Shown piece by piece: positions 1 through 6,024 of a DNA stretch of 13,917 nt; the first letter of the stretch is position 1, and each line of letters begins with the position of its first letter. Under the pieces are notes generated by a model. It was given only the letters and a program-made list of their open reading frames with translations, was not told where the DNA came from and did no database searches. A program made the position numbers and the translations under genes. The stretch comes from a bacterium (GTDB taxonomy: Bacteria > Zhuqueibacterota > Zhuqueibacteria > Oceanimicrobiales > Oceanimicrobiaceae): assembly GCA_046757165.1 (NCBI GenBank), contig JBHHXT010000117.1, forward strand, positions 1 through 13,917, read 5' to 3'.

Positions 1-300
1 TTCTGAAAGCGTGACTTCAAAGTCGACGCCGCCTTGCAGGTCCGAAATGTGCCAGAGCAAGTTGTCGTCCGTGGCGCGGTTGTCCGGCATGGGCGAATTG
101 CTGTCGATGCGGGTGTGAAAGGATTCTTCCTCATTCGATGAAAGATACGACCTGACGGTCACCTTCGATTGTGCCTGGTTCTCAGTGATCCGGATGGCGT
201 GACGTGCCGGTGGCGCCGCGACTTCGAGATTTTGCAGGCTTGTTGTCAAGCAGCCGGAAAAGGCCAGAGACGACAGCAGCCAAACCATGTTTTGTCTCAT
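1..300 (-). CDS. Hypothetical lipoprotein, N-terminal 100 aa; runs off the left edge of the window (absent from the ORF track)
   Basis: Manual translation from ATG at 300 is open to position 1: MRQNMVWLLSSLAFSGCLTTSLQNLEVAAPPARHAIRITENQAQSKVTVRSYLSSNEEESFHTRIDSNSPMPDNRATDDNLLWHISDLQGGVDFEVTLSE. AGGAG Shine-Dalgarno at 314-310. Short hydrophobic leader ending in lipobox-like FSG|C. Confidence 0.8.
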   Translation of the reverse strand, partial: MRQNMVWLLSSLAFSGCLTTSLQNLEVAAPPARHAIRITENQAQSKVTVRSYLSSNEEESFHTRIDSNSPMPDNRATDDNLLWHISDLQGGVDFEVTLSE

Positions 301-446
301 CAAACTCGTCTCCTGGACTACCAGTTTTCATTTACACTGAATATGAATCAGCGTTGCTTTCATTACATGAGTGGGGATCAATTCGGATTATCTCTCGGGT
401 ATGTTGGGTTGGATGGCAGTCGAGACCTGCACTTTTTTGCAAAAGA

Positions 447-622
447 AAATCACAATAACCAAATCCCAAAATCTCAAACAAATTCCAGGACCCAAGTTTG
501 AACCTTCAAACTCGGTGTAACACGTCCCGGAAAGAGATGAACGCTCACTCAATTGACGGAAGAAGTTTGGACCTCGAGATTTGGAATTTATTTGGGATTT
601 GGCCGTTTGGGATTTGGAATCT
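447..622. repeat. Heptamer-periodic (AAATCCC-type) imperfect inverted-repeat element
   Basis: Left arm 447-493 (aaatcac aataacc aaatccca aaatctc aaac aaattcc aggaccc) and the reverse complement of right arm 576-622 (agattcc aaatccc aaacggcc aaatccc aaat aaattcc aaatctc) share a 7-7-8-7-4-7-7 register. Core aaatctcaaacaaattcca/aaatcccaaataaattcca matches 17/19. Internal hairpin agtttgaa-cc-ttcaaact at 495-512. Confidence 0.75.
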
Positions 623-637
623 GTTGACCTGCTGCGC

Positions 638-2710
638 TCAATGGTCCAGAACCGAGAAGTCGATCGCTGACGTGACTTGCTGTTGGCTATTCTGGTCCGT
701 CACCCTGAGCTGCAACACAATGTCTCCCGCACCCAATTTGCTGACATCGAAGGAAACGTGTTCGACCAAACTGCTGCGGTCGGAGACACGTTCTTCCGTG
801 AGTGTGATGCTGAGGTCTTGCTCACCGCTGCTGCTGAAAACTTTGCTGAGGACGGTTTGCTTTTCTTTTTCGCGGCTGAGCTTGTAATCGATCTGGTAGC
901 GTGCCTCGCCTGATTCGTCTCTGGTCAGGTTGTAGATCTCAAAATAGATGAAAAGGGGTTTGTTTTTGCTCACGGCCCGGGCCGGCAGCGGGACGACCAG
1001 GAGGTCATTCTTGACAAACTGGCTTTCCTGCTCTGACGGCTCGATGTAGGAGGCGAGCTGAATATCGCTCAGTCCCAGCCGGGTTTTCGGGAAGGGCGCC
1101 ACCTGGAATTCCGTTCGGATCGTTCCCAATCGTTTGCCGGTCGTGTCTTCCAGGCTGAGGAACAGGTTGTATTCGCCCGGCTCCAGCGCGAAGTTCCACT
1201 GATTGATGCTGGTGCCGCGGCCGATCAGGTTGCTCGCGATTACGCTGAGATTTTCCTCAATCGGGCTGCCCTCTATCAATTCGTAGTCCGGATCGAAGAT
1301 CCCGATCTGGCCGACGAGTTTTGCCCGCATTCCTCTGGCTGCGGGTTCGAACTTCAGGAAGCGGTACGGCACGCTGTAGGTGATCTCGGTGCGCACTTTG
1401 TTGTCTCTGGCCCGGAAGCGTGCGATACTGTAGGAGATGGGCAGGTTCTTGCGCTCTTCCCCCACCCGGTAGATGACCGCCGGCGCCATCCGGTCACGTC
1501 GACGCGTATGTTGCTTGTCTTCGGCTCGAAAGTTGTTGTCCGCATAGCTCAGCTTTTCGGCGCTCGACTCCAGTTCGCTCAGCTTGTTGAACCGCTCACG
1601 GAAGGTCTCATGCTGGCCGGCCAGGGTGACATAAAGGTTCTCGCGCAGAGAGGTTGCGGTGGCTGCCACCTCGCTGGGACGGAACCCCGGACGGTCTACC
1701 AGGCGGTCGCCAAACGTACTGCGGCCCTTGTAAAAGGTGCCAAAGACTGATTCCGCTCCCGGCGCCAGAACATAGTGGGACTTGCCGCGTGGGCGAACGA
1801 AGGTGTAATAGAGCGTCTGGTCGATGTGTTTGTAAAACCAGAACTCGTACGGATAGACCTGATACCCCACCTGACCCAGCACACCGCTGTGGTCGGTGAG
1901 CTTGCTGTAAGGCTTTCCAAGCCGGACATGGATTTCCCCGCGGGCATCAAATCCAGTCGGGGTTGCGCGGGTGCCATACAACTTCCTTGCCTCTTCCGAG
2001 CGCTGGAAGAAGGTGACGAGAAACTCATTCTGCGGCGTGATAGGGGAGGGGTCCTCGCGCCGGAAAAAACGCAAGAGGTGGCGCCCTAAGCGGCTGTCTT
2101 TCTTCCCGAGCAATTTGCCCAACTGTTTTTTCTCCTCTTCCTGTTTGAAGAGGAACCGCGTCTCATCGACGATCCGTTGCCACAGCTCCGGCTGCTCCCG
2201 CGGGGTGGAATGCTTCAGAACATCGTAGAACAAATCGGTCACCTGTTGGCCGAAACTTTCGCCATAGCTGACCGCGTAGACCCGGGCCAGGTCATAATTG
2301 AGAAACCAGTCCGTTTTCGAAGCAGATTGCATCTCGCTGAACCCCTCTCTTAGCCGGGTCAGTGCTTCAAAGTGGTCGGCCTGCAACAACGCGGTGCGAC
2401 CGAGCTGATACCAGGCGGAGCAGCCCGAGGGCTCCTGGTACAGCTTCTCCGTTTGCAGCAACTGGAGCAGTTTGCTTTCCGCTTTGTCGTAATCCCTTTT
2501 CTTGATCGCTTTTACGGCTTGTTTGTACAACTTTGATGGTGAATCGGCGACGACAGGGGGTGCAGGGGCTGCATGGATTTCATGCTCGCTGAGTCTTCCC
2601 GGCAGGGCGAGAAAGGAGTCGATTGCCGCTGTCCCGGCCAGCAGCAGTGCTACCGCCATTGACAAAGCGGTAAGCGGCTTAAGCCGCTTCATGTGTTTCT
2701 TCTCACTCAT
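638..2710 (-). CDS. Secreted GWxTD-domain protein with N-terminal TPR-like helices and C-terminal beta-rich domains (~690 aa)
   Basis: Signal peptide (MKRLKPLTALSMAVALLLAGTAA). Family signature DPSPITPQNE...R...A...GFDARGEIHVRLGKP...YEFWFY (canonical DPxPxTxxNE...GWxTDRGxxYxxxGxP...ExWxY). C-terminal LEPGEYNL / LGLSDIQLA / PLFIYFEIYNL segments are typical of this family. Start is ATG 2710 or ATG 2692; the track start at 2716 is TTG. Confidence 0.8.
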   Translation of the reverse strand: MSEKKHMKRLKPLTALSMAVALLLAGTAAIDSFLALPGRLSEHEIHAAPAPPVVADSPSKLYKQAVKAIKKRDYDKAESKLLQLLQTEKLYQEPSGCSAWYQLGRTALLQADHFEALTRLREGFSEMQSASKTDWFLNYDLARVYAVSYGESFGQQVTDLFYDVLKHSTPREQPELWQRIVDETRFLFKQEEEKKQLGKLLGKKDSRLGRHLLRFFRREDPSPITPQNEFLVTFFQRSEEARKLYGTRATPTGFDARGEIHVRLGKPYSKLTDHSGVLGQVGYQVYPYEFWFYKHIDQTLYYTFVRPRGKSHYVLAPGAESVFGTFYKGRSTFGDRLVDRPGFRPSEVAATATSLRENLYVTLAGQHETFRERFNKLSELESSAEKLSYADNNFRAEDKQHTRRRDRMAPAVIYRVGEERKNLPISYSIARFRARDNKVRTEITYSVPYRFLKFEPAARGMRAKLVGQIGIFDPDYELIEGSPIEENLSVIASNLIGRGTSINQWNFALEPGEYNLFLSLEDTTGKRLGTIRTEFQVAPFPKTRLGLSDIQLASYIEPSEQESQFVKNDLLVVPLPARAVSKNKPLFIYFEIYNLTRDESGEARYQIDYKLSREKEKQTVLSKVFSSSGEQDLSITLTEERVSDRSSLVEHVSFDVSKLGAGDIVLQLRVTDQNSQQQVTSAIDFSVLDH

Positions 2711-3893
2711 AGCCAACCACTGCCGGCGCCAACGTATCCAGGCGCGCGAGGTGTTGCCTGTCTTCCTGAATAAACTTCCGTTGTGCGTATTCCAGGGCGT
2801 CTTTCACCGTCGGTTGCAGACTCATGTCGTACAGCCGGCGGCGAAAGGTCTCATGCTGGCCGGCCAGGGTCGAGTATAACTCATTTCGCAATCGCAGCGC
2901 CATTTCACCCACATTCACCCGGTTCATGAACGTACGGCGTCCTTTGTAAAACGTGCCCAGAATCGACTCCGGTCCCTGCACAAGTGTGTAGCGGTTGTCT
3001 CCCCGGCGCATGATGAAGGTGTAGTAGAGGTCAGGGTGAATGTTGCTGTAAAACCAAACCTCATACGGGTGCAGCGCCCAGCCGAGCTCCCCTTTGACGC
3101 CGCTGTGACTGCTGACGATGGTGTACGGCTCTCCCAGCCGCACATAGATCTCGCCGCGCTGGTCGTAGCCCTGCTTTGAGCGCGTATCGCCAAACCGGTG
3201 GCGGGCATCCGTCGTTCTCTGGAAAAAGAGTCGCAAGTACTCGTTTTGTGACGTGTTGGGATAAGGGTCTTCCCTCTCGAGAAAGGCGAGCAGGTGAGCG
3301 CCGGCCGAACTGCCGGGCTGAAACAACGTTCGTTGCAGCGCGCTGCGTTCAGGCTCTTTGAGCAGGATGAGCATCTCATCGCTGATTCGTTGCCACAGGT
3401 CGGGCTGGTCGGCGGGCGTGGAGTTTTCCAGCAGCGCGTATATCAGGGGTGTGATGTTCTTTCGCTTTTCCACCAGCCGATTCTCCGCATAGAGTCTCGC
3501 CAGATCATAATTCAAGAACCAATCCTGCCGACCGTCTGCGCGCAGCCGCTCGTAGCCCTTTTCCAATACCTCAATGGCCTCGGTGGGTTTGTTTTGCCGT
3601 TCCAGGGCGAGACCCAGCTGATGCCACGCTGACCGTCCCGAGCTCTCCTGGTAGAGCTCGTTCTTTTTCAGCAGCGTGCGCAGCTTTGTTTCCGCAGCGG
3701 CGAAATTCTTTTTCTCTAAATCCTGTAACGCCGCCCCGTAGAGTTCGGAAGGAGTTTCCTGGACCGGGCGAAGCGAACGAGTTGGCGTCTCAGGATGCGC
3801 CAACCCTGCACTCGCGGTCAGATGAAATGGGGCAAGCACCACCAGGCAGCATGAAAGGGCCGCGATAGCGCACGCCGCGTACCGGAAAGTCAT
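2703..3893 (-). CDS. Secreted GWxTD-domain protein, short paralog lacking the C-terminal beta-rich region (396 aa)
   Basis: Signal peptide from ATG 3893 (MTFRYAACAIAALSCCLVVLA). Signature DPYPNTSQNE...GYDQRGEIYVRLGEP...YEVWFY. Collinear with the downstream gene (shared DWFLNYDLAR, LWQRI, GTFYKGR, TLAGQHETFR, APAV). Stop codon overlaps the next gene's ATG at 2710. Confidence 0.8.
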   Translation of the reverse strand: MTFRYAACAIAALSCCLVVLAPFHLTASAGLAHPETPTRSLRPVQETPSELYGAALQDLEKKNFAAAETKLRTLLKKNELYQESSGRSAWHQLGLALERQNKPTEAIEVLEKGYERLRADGRQDWFLNYDLARLYAENRLVEKRKNITPLIYALLENSTPADQPDLWQRISDEMLILLKEPERSALQRTLFQPGSSAGAHLLAFLEREDPYPNTSQNEYLRLFFQRTTDARHRFGDTRSKQGYDQRGEIYVRLGEPYTIVSSHSGVKGELGWALHPYEVWFYSNIHPDLYYTFIMRRGDNRYTLVQGPESILGTFYKGRRTFMNRVNVGEMALRLRNELYSTLAGQHETFRRRLYDMSLQPTVKDALEYAQRKFIQEDRQHLARLDTLAPAVVGYE

Positions 3894-3937
3894 CTTAGTA
3901 CCTGACGAGTTCTTTTCTGTCAAACAGGCTCTGTCCA

Positions 3938-3966
3938 AATATAATTTCTGGTAATTTCAATTGCAA
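3938..3966 (-). promoter_or_regulatory. Putative sigma70 promoter for the GWxTD pair
   Basis: Minus strand TTGCAA (3966-3961), 17 nt spacer, TATATT (3943-3938), about 45 nt upstream of ATG 3893. Confidence 0.55.
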
Positions 3967-3990
3967 CTAGATATTTGGATGAATTGTATG

Positions 3991-4007
3991 TCCCCCATTT
4001 TGGGGGA
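3991..4007. promoter_or_regulatory. Palindromic operator-like site
   Basis: TCCCCCA-TTT-TGGGGGA, perfect 7-3-7 dyad in AT-rich DNA, about 25 nt upstream of the predicted -35 box. Confidence 0.45.
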
Positions 4008-4015
4008 ACGGTTAA

Positions 4016-4171
4016 CCTGCATTATTCATAAACTGAATAAACTATGCTCAAATAGGAAAAACAGAATTGGTGCGCTTTAGAGTTTGTAGTACACGCGTCA
4101 GCGTGTTGTTTTTCAAGCATTTGGCCGCCTTATGGCGGCACTACGAACAAACAATTCATGAATAATGCAGG
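4016..4171. mobile_element. 156-bp MITE with IS1380-family-like ends and TTAA target duplication
   Basis: Terminal inverted repeats CCTGCATTATTCAT (4016-4029) / ATGAATAATGCAGG (4158-4171), perfect 14 bp and 18/20 when extended. Flanked by TTAA at 4012-4015 and 4172-4175. No coding capacity. Family assignment rests on recalled CCT...ATTCAT ends of IS1380-type elements. Confidence 0.75.
4086..4144. repeat. Inverted doublet of GTAG-type REP-like palindromes inside the MITE
   Basis: Plus strand GTAG-T-ACACGC-gtca-GCGTGT (4086-4106). Minus strand GTAG-T-GCCGCC-ataa-GGCGGC (4144-4124). Outer pairing gtttgtagt (4082-4090) / actacgaac (4140-4148). Confidence 0.65.
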
Positions 4172-4369
4172 TTAATTCAAGCCTGACCAAACATCCCGCC
4201 TTTGCGGGACAACCGTGTCTTGAGTGCAAACCCGGGAGGTATACACATTTTCAGACTGTGTAGGATCACTATTTTTCCATTGTTGAACGATCATGAGTTC
4301 AGTAGGACATAACCTATTGTGTATCAGTAGCTTACTGTATGTTCCAAGTATCCATTCAGCCCAAAAGCC

Positions 4370-4470
4370 GGAGTGCAAAAATCAGTTTCGCCAGGAACGT
4401 ATTTTTGCAACATATCCGGCCAGTGATGCTGCAAAAATACGTTCACTACGTTCACTGATTTTTGCACTCC
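4370..4470. repeat. 101-bp nested double palindrome
   Basis: Outer perfect 17-bp arms GGAGTGCAAAAATCAGT (4370-4386) / ACTGATTTTTGCACTCC (4454-4470). Inner perfect 15-bp arms GAACGTATTTTTGCA (4395-4409) / TGCAAAAATACGTTC (4430-4444). Tandem TACGTTCAC x2 at 4438-4455. Confidence 0.85.
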
Positions 4471-4534
4471 AATTATACGTGAATAGTTACTGTCCTCAAA
4501 AGAATGTTCGAGGGACATCCAGGATAAGTTGATG

Positions 4535-4573
4535 AAAACAAAAAAGCCCAGCCTCCAGAAGAGGCTGGGCTTT
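4535..4573 (-). terminator. Rho-independent terminator of the susC-susD transcript
   Basis: 13-bp stem AAAGCCCAGCCTC (4543-4555) / GAGGCTGGGCTTT (4561-4573), 5-nt loop, followed on the minus strand by a U-tract (TTTTTTGTTTT). Lies 55 nt past the susD stop. Confidence 0.9.
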
Positions 4574-4628
4574 GCTAAGCATCGACCTATCGACAGATGC
4601 TCACATCAGACTCGAACCCTGCGACGAA

Positions 4629-6005
4629 CTAATAGCTGTCACCCGGATCATTCGGATTGCGTGGAGCCTGGTCCTCCGGGGCCGGAATGTTCGGGTTGGC
4701 GTTTCTTTCATCCTGGCTATAGAACATGCGCCTCGGGATGTCGAGATTGCCGTGTGGCACCAGCGCCGGGCGGTTGGTGCGCTTCCAGAGCTGCCAGACT
4801 TCGATGTTCTGGAACAGCGCAATGTACATCTCCTCGGCGATGGCATCGATCAGGGCATCCCCTGCCAACCCTGTTAGCGCAGGCAGGCTGCCGGCATCCA
4901 TGCCGAATTTGGCCTCGAGGACGGCGCGAGCTTCGTTGAGCTTCTGCAGCGCCGTGCCTTCGTCACCGGTCTTGAAGGCCGCTTCCGCGATGATCAGGAT
5001 CGTCTCCTCGAAGGTGAGAATATCGGTCGAGTGAGCCGGCGAGAGATAGCCAGCGCTGAGATTCGAGGCGGCGGTATTGCCGTCTCCCGGTGCGGACCCG
5101 ACGAACTCACCGTCTGCATTGGGTGCAAAGAAGATGCTCAGCCGCGGATCATTGCGGGATTTCAGCAGGTCGACCAGGAATTTACCCGACCGGATGTAAG
5201 TATCGCGGTCACGATAGAATTGATACCAGTCATTCGATTCCGGGTCGCCGCTGCCGTGCAGACTCTTGAAATCGCCGTCTGTGGACGAAATGCCTTGCTG
5301 CGCTTCCGACATGGCCAGGGTGTACATGGAGGGGTCGACTTCCGCCCAGTGCATGGCGATACGGGCCTTGAGGGAGTGCGCCGCTGCGATCCATTTGGCC
5401 AGGTCGCCGCTGTAAACATAATCGTTCGGAGGCAGCCGGCCTTCCCCGCTCTGGAAGTCGGCGATGGCCTCATCGAGCAGCGCCATCAGGGCGTCATCGA
5501 TATCGCGCATGGCATCCAGCTTCGGAGTCAGTTTATCGGTGCGGACTGCTTCAGAATAGGGCAGGTCGCCCCAGATCTGGGTTCCCGTGTTCATGGTGAG
5601 CGCTTCCCAGAATTTCGCCATGCCTGCGTAGGCGCGGTCGCCTGACCCTGATGCGAGCCGCATGATATTTCGGAAATCAACCAGGCCGCCGCCGGTGTAC
5701 ATGTCGTCCATTTCGTCGTCATTGTCGGCCTCGGTATGGACGTATTGCCCCTGAGCCAGCAGTTGACGGTCCGTGCCCGACATTTGCTGCATCCAGATGG
5801 TCACGGTGCGGGCGAGCGCGCCTTCCTGCATGAAAAAGCCCTGGATTTGAATGGCCTGGAATAGCTGGTCAATCGGCACATCTACCGCCCGGTTCGGGTC
5901 CGTGGTGACACTTTCATCGTCGAGAAAGGCGTCACAGCCCAGCCCGACGAACAAGATCAGGGCAGCTAACCACAGCGGCAGAGCGTTTGTGAGTTTCATA
6001 TTCAT
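4629..6005 (-). CDS. susD: SusD/RagB-family outer-membrane nutrient-binding lipoprotein (458 aa)
   Basis: Lipobox GLG|C followed by DAFLD...TDPN. Family motifs WGDLPYSEA, YSGDLAKW..AAHSLKARIAMH, DPRL and EVWQLWKRT...IPRR. GGAGG SD present; starts 19 nt after the susC stop. Confidence 0.93.
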   Translation of the reverse strand: MNMKLTNALPLWLAALILFVGLGCDAFLDDESVTTDPNRAVDVPIDQLFQAIQIQGFFMQEGALARTVTIWMQQMSGTDRQLLAQGQYVHTEADNDDEMDDMYTGGGLVDFRNIMRLASGSGDRAYAGMAKFWEALTMNTGTQIWGDLPYSEAVRTDKLTPKLDAMRDIDDALMALLDEAIADFQSGEGRLPPNDYVYSGDLAKWIAAAHSLKARIAMHWAEVDPSMYTLAMSEAQQGISSTDGDFKSLHGSGDPESNDWYQFYRDRDTYIRSGKFLVDLLKSRNDPRLSIFFAPNADGEFVGSAPGDGNTAASNLSAGYLSPAHSTDILTFEETILIIAEAAFKTGDEGTALQKLNEARAVLEAKFGMDAGSLPALTGLAGDALIDAIAEEMYIALFQNIEVWQLWKRTNRPALVPHGNLDIPRRMFYSQDERNANPNIPAPEDQAPRNPNDPGDSY

Positions 6006-6024
6006 CAGTTCCTCCTCTCTCTGG

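Noticed and set aside
169..887. Plus-strand ORFs 169-501, 204-458 and 498-887 (e.g. LEIWNLFGIWPFGIWNL)
   Set aside because: They overlap real minus-strand genes, and the periodic W/G/I pattern is just the translation of the heptamer DNA repeat.
4194..4209. Small hairpin TCCCGC-cttt-GCGGGA
   Set aside because: REP-like in appearance but a single 6-bp stem with no partner in this window; insufficient support.
4172..4532. Short ORFs in the GWxTD-susD intergenic region
   Set aside because: AT-rich, overlapping palindromic repeats, no recognisable protein features.
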